Of a DNA stretch of 64,000 nt, positions 35,268-45,317 are shown one piece after another (within the stretch, counting starts at the first letter, position 1; each line of letters begins with the position of its first letter). The stretch is from Azolla caroliniana (lineage: Eukaryota > Plantae > Polypodiophyta), in the NCBI GenBank assembly GCA_043228905.1, contig JBHGNT010000014.1, forward strand, positions 7,502,001-7,566,000. Reading direction: 5' to 3'. A model generated the notes under the pieces. The model did no database searches, was not told where the DNA came from, and worked only from the letters and a program-made list of their open reading frames with translations. A program made the position numbers and the translations under genes.

Positions 35268-36608
35268 TGTCAATGGGATTGTGGTGGGAGATTCGAGTCA
35301 GTCGACTCTACTCAATGATTACTTAAATACCATATAACACATACTCAAATTACTATACTTAACCATTGTTGTTACCGAAAATACTAAATACGATCGATTG
35401 TCAGCTATACGTATTCAAAGTAAGAGTATAGAAGACACTGAATAGTACTTTAAAGCACAAAATATACTCTAACTAACAAAATTTATATTAAGAACTTATA
35501 GCAATGTCGTTAAGGAAGAACCTACAATTACAACTAATTGTCCTATTTTTTCCTACTTGGCGATAATAATAATTGTTCGACTATCCTTTTCACACTTGTT
35601 TGCTACGACTACGACTACGACTATGACTACTATTTCGACTATCATTATACTAGTTTGTCGACCTATATACTTAGCTTAGTTGATCGATCCGATCGACTAA
35701 CACATGGAATGCTCGTGGGACACTGCCTTACACGATAGAACCTACAAAAATGGTTTAGTTGGTGTTGTCCTCAAAAATATCCAAAATATTCAGCTCGTCC
35801 GGTGTTGAATCCTCGTCATCCCCAAAATCGAGCTCATCTTGCTTGTCCTGATCTTGTCTCTATCCTCTGGCTCGTGCATCTATGTTGGTATCTGTTGCTT
35901 TTTCTCCTTTGCTACCTCTGGTTCCACCATCTGTATGGGATCTTGTTCAGCTTGTTGGTCTTCCTTAGTAGTTTGTCAGTCGGCTATGGACTAGAAAGGT
36001 GTGGTGGCTGGGAAGCCCGTGGTTGTGGTTCCTCTAGGACAACTTCTTCTAGTTCAATCTCCATTGTTGCCTGCTTCTCTTCAAGGCTAGTGTTATCAGT
36101 TATTTTTAACCCTTCTGATTGTGTCTCTGGTTCCAATGGTGGTGTCTGCAATCGGTCATTGACCGTGTCTTTGTCCTTTCTTTCATCTTTATTAACGTGC
36201 AGGCACTCCTTTTCGTATGTTTCGAGAGCAAAAGTCAGTTGGATGTGTTCATCTTCAAATTCTTCTAACGTCCTCCAAATTTCAGTAGAGTGGCCTTGAG
36301 CGAGAGTTTGAAAGTCCTCTAACAACTCTTCCCGAATGGAGGTGATGCTTGCTTCGTCGAGCTTGTAAAAGCCCCTGCTTTCTTTTTGTTAGTTTTCCAA
36401 GGTGGCACGAAATAACTGAAGTTCGGCTGCCTACTCAGACCAGTCCTTCTACCCTTTGTGTAATGTTTCACTGACCCACTTATGTATCTGTTGTTTTTTT
36501 GCTTGGATGATCGACCGAAGTCGATCATCGCCTAAACCCAACCGTTGTTCCGATGCATTAATCTGCTCGTTCAAGGTGCCGACTTTATAATCATGTTGGG
36601 TTTGGATC
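35268..36608 (-). mobile_element. Element M: 3' end of a D-family gypsy (eORF C-terminus, inverted PBS, LTR)
   Basis: eORF remnant 36600-35755 (ELQLFRA..EN.QK; IREELLEDFQTLA; ILDIFEDNTN*). TGGAATGCTCGTGGGAC on the plus strand at 35705-35721. LTR 35702-35268 (TGTTAG...TGACA on the minus strand). Confidence 0.7.
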
Positions 36609-38024
36609 TGTTGAGAATCGAACTCAACTTCCCATAGGAATAGTGCTCACACTAGGAAGTGGACAACTTACTAGGACATTTCTATAATTAGTAGAAAGGG
36701 CATTTTCCCTAGACTAGTTGGTATTTAAACCAACCCTTTGAACTTAGTTGTTGTTGGAGGTAATATACAGTTTTCTTGTTTAGAGCTCTCTCTCTCTCTC
36801 TCTCTCTATGTGTTGCATTACGTGCACACACACTCACACACAAAGCTCACTTCCACTGCATAGCACCATCTATGCCTCTCATTCTTTACATGGGTGATCA
36901 AGCTTAATCGACTGTGTTGTGCTACACACCGATGAACAATAGAACCGGTTCAAAAACAGAGAAGAAATCATCATGAATACTCAGATGGGAAGCACTCTTC
37001 TTATGGAGAAGCTCGACAGGACAAACTTCGCATCTTGGGAGTACAAGATGCATCATTACCTTGTCAAACAAGGTTATTGGAGCTACATCGAGGGAACTTA
37101 CGAAACGCAACCCAACCTGACACACAACGACTACCTAGTGTGGGAGTAGGCTGTGAATCCTGTGTTGTACTACCTTGCGTCATGCATTCATGACCACATG
37201 CTCGGCTATATTTGAGATTTGGAAACGCCGAAAGAAGATTTTTTCAGCAAATATGGTTGCACGAAAGCTCCAACTTTGAAAGGAGCTAAACAACATGCAA
37301 TAGAGGGATATGTTAGTCACCGGCTATACCTTGAAAATCAAGGAGTTGTGTGATGCCCTCGGATCGATCAATGTCATCATCGACAATGACGAAATGGTGC
37401 AAATATGCCTCGGCACAATCAGGTCAACCATTCTCGCAAGGGAAAACCTACCTTCCTTTTTTGACCTTCAATCGATATTATTGGTGGAAGAAAAACACAC
37501 CCGACAAAAGAGCAATGCATTGGATGGTCAGATGCTTTACTCACAGTCGGATGATAGAAGAGGATTCAATTGAGGAAATAGAGGTTGATTCTACCGAGGG
37601 CGACAGGGTCAGTCGACCCAAGTACGCAACTCCCATCAATGGCAATACGATAGGAATAATTCCAGGAACTTCAATAGAAGGGGGAGCCATCCTGCTGGAC
37701 CAAGCCATCACAACAAAGAGGAGTGCCGAAAGAAGACGCGAGAGTTGGCATCGACCATCCGACAACTTACGAATTACACCTCGAATACTAACTACGATGA
37801 TCGTGGCGGAATGTTTATGATGAGGCACAAAGTGCATTTGATGTCGACACAAGGTGAGACAAGCACCTCAACCTCGGATAATGTGTGGTTTGTTGACTCT
37901 GGAACGTTTCCAATCATATGACGTCTCATGAAGATTGGTTCGGAGAATTACGAAAGCCCGATCCACCCGGTTATGTCGAAACAGGCAATGACACGACTCA
38001 TTCAATACGACACATTGGAAACGT

Positions 38025-38810
38025 TGTCGTGAAGAAAACCGTCCATAAGCGGAATCGGCGCACCAAGGCGCGGGAACCGGTTCGTCACGCGCGCGCGCTC
38101 CAAGTTGTACATAGAAGCGAATTAGGAGGATAATTGGCAGGAACGGGCCCTAACACGAGTGGAGACAAAGACCGCGCGAACAGTCTTTTCGGTCGCGCGC
38201 GCGAACTGTACGAGTCGGCGGCGTAACTACGCGGATGCGTGAAGAACGGAGCGGATCCCTGTTCGAAAGGGACAGGGAATAAAGCTGACACGACGGCCTG
38301 CTCGTCGGGCTATATAAGAGCAGGAAAGAGCTGTTGCAGGGATCTGGCGCAGAGAGGACGAAGTGCTGTCGGACCGTTTCTGGACGCTTCTCTCTCTGTT
38401 TCCTTCCTTCTTGAGCTCCATAGCTTTCTGTGCAGGGTTCCGAGGAGGCTCGCGCTGTTTCGAGGAACGCCCGAGCGCTTCCGGCAGCACCTCCGACCTG
38501 CTACCCCCCCTTTGTGCGTCGAAGCGAACAGGCATCGACATCTGTTCGCCGGCCTGTTCGGTTGTAACCAACCTGTGCCCCATCGGGGGTTGTAGTCGTG
38601 CTAGCCATTTTTCTTAATATACATATTCAGTCATTCGCATCTGTCTGTGTCGGTGTCTGTTCGCGTTCTCCGTGCTGAAGGGCCGTGTCCCTGTGTATCC
38701 CCGGTCCTGCGTAGCCGGTTCTCCCTCTGTCTCTTCCCTCGCTTGCTCTTTGGTTCGAGACCCCCGCGGTCCCGCCTCGTCTCCACACGCGCTTGCGTAA
38801 TATCTCGACA
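38025..38810 (+). repeat. 5' LTR of E
   Basis: Direct repeat of 44532-45317; CTATATAAG at ~38310. Confidence 0.97.
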
Positions 38811-38814
38811 TCTT

Positions 38815-38831
38815 TGGTGAACCCGACGTGA
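38815..38831 (+). promoter_or_regulatory. Primer binding site, tRNA-Trp
   Basis: TGGTGAACCCGACGTGA is the reverse complement of TCACGTCGGGTTCACCA, the 3' end of plant cytosolic tRNA-Trp as I recall it. Confidence 0.85.
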
Positions 38832-38854
38832 AAGAGGCGGCAGAAGAGCAGAAG

Positions 38855-40981
38855 ATGAGGGGGTCGGATCTTGCAGAGGCCATGGCTTCGGCCGTGGATC
38901 GGATTGTAAATGCGCGCGAGGGCACCGGTGCCCTCGACAGAGCTATCGAGGCGGTCGTCGGCACGATCGGCCGGTTCGATGGGAGGGATGCCACGAAGTA
39001 TCTGGCGTCCTACGGTGCAGAAATGCTGATGCGGGACATTCCGGAAGAAAGGCGTCTTGCCGGATTTCCCCGAGTAGCAATGCCGAGCATCCATGCGGAG
39101 GTGCTCGAGGTGCGGGCGGAGAGCCGTACCTGGGAGGAGTTCGAAGGTCGGCTCCTAGAGAAATACGGGCTGGACGACGCGCTCCGGCTTTCGAAGCGAA
39201 GGTTCATGGAATGGGTGGAGTCCCCGGGGAAGGGAAGAAACGCGTCGGCACTCCTCCGGGAGTTCGAGGAAAACTTTGCGCGCCTTTCGGCGCTCGACCG
39301 AACCATCCTGGACACGAGCCGGGTCTTGCTGTTTGTCAAGTCGGTCGACGAGCGGGATCGGGAGCAAGTGGGCCTCTTGCTGGAAACCGAAGACGGGCTC
39401 ACTACCGACTGGGCGGCTGTCAAGAAAGTCTGTGGCCGTTTCGACAAACGGCGAGAATGGGCGGATAACGGGGTAACCGGGTCGGGCTCGGTCGCAGCAA
39501 GGAAGTTCGAACCAGCGCCACAGGTGCGAAAGGATGAGACCCGAGAGTGGTTGGAAACCGGTTCGGCTTCGACCGGCGTAGTCAGAGGCTCAACCGGAGG
39601 AGCGGCGCTGGAGGAATTGACGAGGGCGGTAAAGGACCTCCAAATCGCGCAAGCCCGAAGGGAAGGTGGCGAACCGGCTCGTGACCGACGGCCGGCGGCA
39701 GGAAACAGGTGCATGTGGTGCGATGAAGTCGGCCACATTCGGAAGGACTGCGGCGACTTCGCGGAGGCGCTAAGGGACAGGGTGGTGTACCTGTGGGAAG
39801 GGCGGGTGCATGCCAGCGACACCCGAAGGGCCCTGAGCCGAAACGACGGGCGAGGTGGTATGAAAAGGTTGATGGAAGAGGCGGCGGCCCGACACGCGGA
39901 AACCGTCCACTACTCGGCGTCGGCCGGCATTCGAGTCGGGGGCGGCGAGGCCCGAAGGGAAAGCAAAGCCGGATTCTGGCCGACGATGCTGGGAGGCCTT
40001 GCCGGTGCAAGGCTAAAAGGGGAGGAATCGGACCGCGCGGAGAAACGGGTACGGGAGATGACCGGGTGGAGCGACCCGGTCGAGGAAAGGACGGGCTTCG
40101 TGGAAGCCACTTGCCAGAACTACGAGGCTCTGGTAGAAGAGAAGCGGGTGGGGAAACCCGGGACGACCGGGCCCTCACAACGATACGAGACCCGGTCCGG
40201 TCCACGACGGGACGAAGCCGGCGGGGCCGGTACGAAAGATAAACCCCAGAAGGGCGGGTACCGTCTGGGGACGGAGATAGAAAGGACCACGGACTTACGA
40301 AAGGTCCTGGAGGAACGGATCCTCGACAGCAAGGTGGAGTTGTCGTTACGAGAGGTGCTGGGAATCGCCAAGAAGGAGTTCCACGACTCCATCGTGGACT
40401 TGGTGAAACGGAAGAGGCTGTCAACGGAGACAGAACCGGAAAGACCAGTGGAAGTGCAGACGACGCACCTAGACGACATGGCGCTGGGAGACGAGTGGGC
40501 GGAAAGCCACTATTCGAGACCACACTGGGCCCGAGCGACCACGGAAACCCCGGTGAAGATCGGCGATGTCCAGGAACCGGTGATAGCTTTGGTGGACCAC
40601 GGATCGGAGATCAACTTGATGTCCATGGACTTCTATAAGAAGGGCAAATGGCCGATCAACACCAAGCACGGGTGGAAAATAAGGGCGGCAACGCGCGCCA
40701 CCGAGGAGCTGCACGGGGCCTATCCTAATGTGCGAGTCAAGATCGGCGACGTCGAGATTGACCAGCACTTCTTCGTGCAGGAGACGTCTTCGCATCCGGT
40801 CATACTGGGAGAGCCGTACATCACGGCGGCGCGGATGGAGACCAAGGTGCTGGACAATTGTTCGGCCTACGCGAGGGTCAAAAGCCAAGACGGGCGCCAT
40901 TCGGTCCAGTTTCTGACGGTACGGCCGAACCACGAACGTAACCGCGACTCCCTCGGTTCCGAAAACCGAGAGGATTTTTAG
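38855..40981 (+). CDS. gag: Gag-protease polyprotein of E
   Basis: ATG at 38855; CCHC knuckle CMWCDEVGHIRKDC; protease ALVDHGSEINLM and VILGEPY; ends EDF*. Confidence 0.93.
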   Translation: MRGSDLAEAMASAVDRIVNAREGTGALDRAIEAVVGTIGRFDGRDATKYLASYGAEMLMRDIPEERRLAGFPRVAMPSIHAEVLEVRAESRTWEEFEGRLLEKYGLDDALRLSKRRFMEWVESPGKGRNASALLREFEENFARLSALDRTILDTSRVLLFVKSVDERDREQVGLLLETEDGLTTDWAAVKKVCGRFDKRREWADNGVTGSGSVAARKFEPAPQVRKDETREWLETGSASTGVVRGSTGGAALEELTRAVKDLQIAQARREGGEPARDRRPAAGNRCMWCDEVGHIRKDCGDFAEALRDRVVYLWEGRVHASDTRRALSRNDGRGGMKRLMEEAAARHAETVHYSASAGIRVGGGEARRESKAGFWPTMLGGLAGARLKGEESDRAEKRVREMTGWSDPVEERTGFVEATCQNYEALVEEKRVGKPGTTGPSQRYETRSGPRRDEAGGAGTKDKPQKGGYRLGTEIERTTDLRKVLEERILDSKVELSLREVLGIAKKEFHDSIVDLVKRKRLSTETEPERPVEVQTTHLDDMALGDEWAESHYSRPHWARATTETPVKIGDVQEPVIALVDHGSEINLMSMDFYKKGKWPINTKHGWKIRAATRATEELHGAYPNVRVKIGDVEIDQHFFVQETSSHPVILGEPYITAARMETKVLDNCSAYARVKSQDGRHSVQFLTVRPNHERNRDSLGSENREDF

Positions 40982-41037
40982 AGAGGACTGCCAAGGCGTG
41001 GGGCCGCGACAGTCCGGATGCTCCGGGAAAACCCCAC
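40972..41037 (+). promoter_or_regulatory. Putative -1 ribosomal frameshift signal (G GAT TTT + pseudoknot)
   Basis: Heptamer 40972-40978; 6-nt spacer; stem GGACTG (40985-90) / CAGTCC (41010-15); loop GTGGGG (40998-41003) pairs with CCCCAC (41032-37). Conserved with compensatory changes in B. Confidence 0.8.
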
Positions 41038-44000
41038 ATCTGTACGATAAAACCGTGTACAATAGGTAGGAAATTTTGCTTCTCCGACAACGGAGCATGT
41101 ACGATGGCCGGCATCGCCGGCCGAGAGAAAACAAAGACGGAGGGGAGACTTCGGGCGTGCGGAGTTCTCGGCCCTGACGAAGAAATCAACGGAGCCGTGG
41201 AGGCAGTCTCCTTCGACGACACCTTGGGAATGCTGGGGAGGGTAGTCGAAGAAGACCTTATCGAAGACCGGACGATACCGGTATGTTCCGAAGAAATGTA
41301 CGAAGTCATCGCGGAATTCGGTCGAGGGCTCGAGTCGGAACGGACGGCCCGAGTTAACACCAAGTACAAGACTGTGGACCGGAAGGTGAGGCCAGTTGCG
41401 GCGCCCTTACCGGAGGGCAGCGAATCCCGAATCAAAGGGGTTGCATCGGACCCCAGCTTACGAGATCCGGGCTGCATAGGACACGCCTTCACCAACGAGA
41501 CGCTCCGCGAGCTGAAGATCGGTGGGGGCAGGTTCCTACTGCCGGTGGAGGAAGACCGGTTTCGGAGGATGCTCGGAAGGCACGGGAAAGCCTTCGCATT
41601 CTCACCGGAGGAAATCGGGTGCGTAGACCCGACGATCGTAGAGCCGATGGTGATATTCACGGTACCGCATGTACCGTGGAATCTCAAGCCAATTCCGGTT
41701 CCGAGAGCTCACATCCCGAAGTTGATGGAGCTGTTGAAGCAGAAAGTTGATATGGGCATTCTCGAGCCGTCGAGCGCCCCGTACTCGAACCGGTGGTTTA
41801 CGGTACCAAAGAAAAACGGATCATTGCGCTTCATTCAGGACCTGCAACCGGTCAATAGGGTGACCATTCGGAACGCAGGGATCGGACCGACCATAGACGA
41901 GTTCGCGGAGGCCTTCGCCGGGAGGTCGATTTACTCGGTCGGTGATCTATATTCGGGGTACGACCAGTTCCAGCTAGCCGTGGAGAGCAGAGACATTACG
42001 ACGATGCGAACTCCCCTCGGCCTAGTGCGGATGTGTACGCTGCCGCAAGGAGGGACCAACTCGGTGGCCCACATGGTGAATGCAATGAACAAGGTGCTGA
42101 GGGACTGCATCCCGGACATCACCATGCCGTTTCTAGACGACATCCCGATCAAGGGATGCCCGGTAGAAGAGAAGGACGAGACGATCGGGCCGGACGGATG
42201 CCGGCGATTCGTGGTAACGCACATCGACGACTGCGAGAAGGTGCTGCAAAGGCTAGAGGATGCGAGGCTCACCTTCTCGGGGGAGAAGTCAGCCTTCGGG
42301 CAGTCGGAAATCATGGTGGTCGGACATTTATGTGGACCGTATGGCCGGAGACCGTCTCCGGCAAAGGTAGAAGCCATCTCCGCGATGAAGCCTGATTGCA
42401 GCTCGGTCACGGAAGTACGAAGATTCTTGGGGGCATGCGCCTTCTACCACATATGGATCCCGCATTACGCGCACGTCGCGGAACCGCTGTACGGATTATT
42501 GAAGAAAGGGCGAAGATTCGAATGGCTAGACAAGCACACGGAGTCGGTCCGGAAGCTGAAGGAGGCTCTTTCGGCAGCACCGGCGCTCCGAAAGGCCGTC
42601 TACAGGAAGGGCACCCCAGTGTACATAACGGTTGACACGAGCCCGACCGGAATCGGGTGGGTCGTCAACCAAGAAGACGAGGACGGCAATCGGTTTCCGA
42701 TCCGATTCGGCGCGAAGGTCCTCAGCGAACGGCAGCGCGGATACGCCCAGGTTAAACGCGAACTCTGGGGTATCGTTTCGGCGGTGGAGGCCGACAAGGA
42801 CTATCTGATCGGGACGGAGGTAATCATAGAGACGGATTGCATGCCGATTCTCGGCATGGTTTCCGGATGCGCGACGCCGGACCTGGCAATGCTCAGGTGG
42901 ATAGCGTACATCAAGTCCCTGGACCCGGAAATACGACACATTTCCGGGAAAGACAACGCCATGGCCGACATGCTTTCGAGGGCGAGATTCGATGACGAGG
43001 GCGGCATGGTTTCGGAGGACGAAGAGGTCGGCGTGGACTTCTTCGAGACTGCGTATGTAACAACCGACGGAACAAGCACTCCGGCGCTTAACGACTTCGA
43101 CGCGAGCAAGTACGACGGGGAGTGGCTGCAGATCGGTGGGTTCTTGAAGACAATGACGCCCGATGCGTCATGGACGAAGGACGAGGCCAACCGGATCCGG
43201 AAGAAAGCGTACCGGTTCTTTCTCCGGGATGGCTATCTATGGAAGCACCCGAAGAAGAGGGACGGCGCTCCGCTCCGGGTGGTGGCGATGAGGGAAGAGC
43301 AGGAGGAGTTGCTGACGGCCTACCACGACAGCCCTTGGGCTGGACACCGTGGAACATGGGCTACGTTTGAGAAACTGAAGGGGAAGTATTGGTGGCCGGG
43401 GCAGTACCAGGACGTGCATCGGTTCGTGACAACTTGCGAGAGCTGTCAGATGCACTCCATAGTCCGACATCGGGACGAGCTTCACCCCACGTACCCTCCG
43501 ACCATCCACTTCAAATGGATGGTAGATCTGGTGACGATGCCAATGGGGGTAGGACAGATGCGGTACCTGGTCCTAGCGCGGGAGGATCTGACGAACCAGG
43601 TGGAAGGCCGGGCCCTTCCGAACAAAACGACCGCGGCCGTATGCCAGTTCCTAATCGAGGACGTGATATGCCAGTACGGGTGCGTTGGGGAGATCGTGGC
43701 TGACCGAGGGGAGTTGGACGCCGAAGAAGCCGCGGAGCTGTTCGACCGGCTGGGAGTCAAGCTCTCGCTCACCACTGCGTACAATCCGGAGGCGAACGGA
43801 AAGGTGGAGCGCGGACACGGACCGATCGTCAAGGCGTTGGTTCGGGCATGCGGAGGCCGAGTCGGTAACTGGCCGCGGCTGCTACCTTATGCTTTGTGGG
43901 CAGACCGGACCACGCACAGTTCGGTAACCGGGTACATGCCGACGGAGCTCATGTTCGGCCAGAAGCCGATCATGCCGATGGAACGGACGATCTCCTCGTG

Positions 44001-44460
44001 GGCAACGGTCGACTGGAGGGACGAGATGAGCCGGGAGGAGTTGTTGGCCGCGCGCATACGACAGCTCGAGCGGAGACCGGAGGACGTGGAACTGGCTGCG
44101 GAGAAGCTCCGGGTGGCGAGGAAAAAGAACAAAGCCAGGTTCGACCGAACGCACCGGCTCCGACCGAAGAAAATCGAAGAAGGTGACTGGGTGCTCGTCT
44201 ACGACAGCAGCCTCGACAACCAGCACCGAGCTACACGGAAGTTCGCACGAAGGTGGTTCGGGCCTTACGTGGTACGGGGCGCCAATGACAACGGGACATA
44301 TCACCTGGCGGAACTCGACGGCACGAGAATGGCGATACCGGTTGCAGGGAAGCGGATCAAAGCGTTCAAGAAGCGACACGACGACGAGCCAGACCCGGCT
44401 CTCCCGGTCAGCAGTGACGAACGATCCGAAAACGAGGAAGAACCGACGGGCGAGGAATGA
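40972..44460 (+). CDS. pol: Pol (RT-RNaseH-integrase) of E, in the -1 frame, open from the slippery site
   Basis: Frame is open from 40972 through the ATG at 41104 to 44460. Motifs DLYSGYDQ, LPQG.TNS, FLDD, VDTS, ETDC, HDSPWAGH..CESC, MVDL, VADRG, VERGH, WFGPY. No chromodomain seen. Confidence 0.93.
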   Translation, partial: GFLERTAKAWGRDSPDAPGKPHICTIKPCTIGRKFCFSDNGACTMAGIAGREKTKTEGRLRACGVLGPDEEINGAVEAVSFDDTLGMLGRVVEEDLIEDRTIPVCSEEMYEVIAEFGRGLESERTARVNTKYKTVDRKVRPVAAPLPEGSESRIKGVASDPSLRDPGCIGHAFTNETLRELKIGGGRFLLPVEEDRFRRMLGRHGKAFAFSPEEIGCVDPTIVEPMVIFTVPHVPWNLKPIPVPRAHIPKLMELLKQKVDMGILEPSSAPYSNRWFTVPKKNGSLRFIQDLQPVNRVTIRNAGIGPTIDEFAEAFAGRSIYSVGDLYSGYDQFQLAVESRDITTMRTPLGLVRMCTLPQGGTNSVAHMVNAMNKVLRDCIPDITMPFLDDIPIKGCPVEEKDETIGPDGCRRFVVTHIDDCEKVLQRLEDARLTFSGEKSAFGQSEIMVVGHLCGPYGRRPSPAKVEAISAMKPDCSSVTEVRRFLGACAFYHIWIPHYAHVAEPLYGLLKKGRRFEWLDKHTESVRKLKEALSAAPALRKAVYRKGTPVYITVDTSPTGIGWVVNQEDEDGNRFPIRFGAKVLSERQRGYAQVKRELWGIVSAVEADKDYLIGTEVIIETDCMPILGMVSGCATPDLAMLRWIAYIKSLDPEIRHISGKDNAMADMLSRARFDDEGGMVSEDEEVGVDFFETAYVTTDGTSTPALNDFDASKYDGEWLQIGGFLKTMTPDASWTKDEANRIRKKAYRFFLRDGYLWKHPKKRDGAPLRVVAMREEQEELLTAYHDSPWAGHRGTWATFEKLKGKYWWPGQYQDVHRFVTTCESCQMHSIVRHRDELHPTYPPTIHFKWMVDLVTMPMGVGQMRYLVLAREDLTNQVEGRALPNKTTAAVCQFLIEDVICQYGCVGEIVADRGELDAEEAAELFDRLGVKLSLTTAYNPEANGKVERGHGPIVKALVRACGGRVGNWPRLLPYALWADRTTHSSVTGYMPTELMFGQKPIMPMERTISSWATVDWRDEMSREELLAARIRQLERRPEDVELAAEKLRVARKKNKARFDRTHRLRPKKIEEGDWVLVYDSSLDNQHRATRKFARRWFGPYVVRGANDNGTYHLAELDGTRMAIPVAGKRIKAFKKRHDDEPDPALPVSSDERSENEEEPTGEE

Positions 44461-44531
44461 AGACGGGCCGGTTTTCTCCGTCCCAACTCTCTTGGCGCAT
44501 ACCGGAGGATGCGCGGTTAGGTGGGGGCGGA

Positions 44532-45317
44532 TGTCGTGAAGAAAACCGTCCATAAGCGGAATCGGCGCACCAAGGCGCGGGAACCGGTTCTTCACGCGCG
44601 CGCGCTCCAAGTTGTACATAGAAGCGAATTAGGAGGATAATTGGCAGGAACGGGCCCTAACACGAGTGGAGACAAAGACCGCGCGAACAGTCTTTTCGGT
44701 CGCGCGCGCGAACTGTACGAGTCGGCGGCGTAACTACGCGGATGCGTGAAGAACGGAGCGGATCCCTGTTCGAAAGGGACAGGGAATAAAGCTGACACGA
44801 CGGCCTGCTCGTCGGGCTATATAAGAGCAGGAAAGAGCTGTTGCAGGGATCTGGCGCAGAGAGGACGAAGTGCTGTCGGACCGTTTCTGGACGCTTCTCT
44901 CTCTGTTTCCTTCCTTCTTGAGCTCCATAGCTTTCTGTGCAGGGTTCCGAGGAGGCTCGCGCTGTTTCGAGGAACGCCCGAGCGCTTCCGGCAGCACCTC
45001 CGACCTGCTACCCCCCCTTTGTGCGTCGAAGCGAACAGGCATCGGCATCTGTTCGCCGGCCTGTTCGGTTGTAACCAACCTGTGCCCCATCGGGGGTTGT
45101 AGTCGTGCTAGCCATTTTTCTTAATATACATATTCAGTCATTCGCATCTGTCTGTGTCGGTGTCTGTTCGCGTTCTCCGTGCTGAAGGGCCGTGTCCCTG
45201 TGTATCCCCGGTCCTGCGTAGCCGGTTCTCCCTCTGTCTCTTCCCTCGCTTGCTCTTTGGTTCGAGACCCCCGCGGTCCCGCCTCGTCTCCACACGCGCT
45301 TGCGTAATATCTCGACA
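44532..45317 (+). repeat. 3' LTR of E
   Basis: Direct repeat of 38025-38810. Confidence 0.97.

Larger units (their letters stand above)
38025..45317 (+). mobile_element. Element E: intact, young Ty3/gypsy LTR retrotransposon (7293 bp)
   Basis: LTRs 38025-38810 and 44532-45317 (786 bp each, TG..CA, two substitutions noticed). TSD ACGT at 38021-38024 and 45318-45321. Trp PBS 38815-38831; PPT ~44515-44531; two uninterrupted ORFs. Confidence 0.97.

Noticed and set aside
38085-38617. Duplicated small ORFs at 38085-38617 and 44592-45124
   Set aside because: They are duplicated only because they lie in the LTRs; no coding signature.
39010-44619. Many long antisense or alternate-frame ORFs over E (and over A, B, I)
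   Set aside because: Expected in GC-rich coding DNA; no recognisable motifs.
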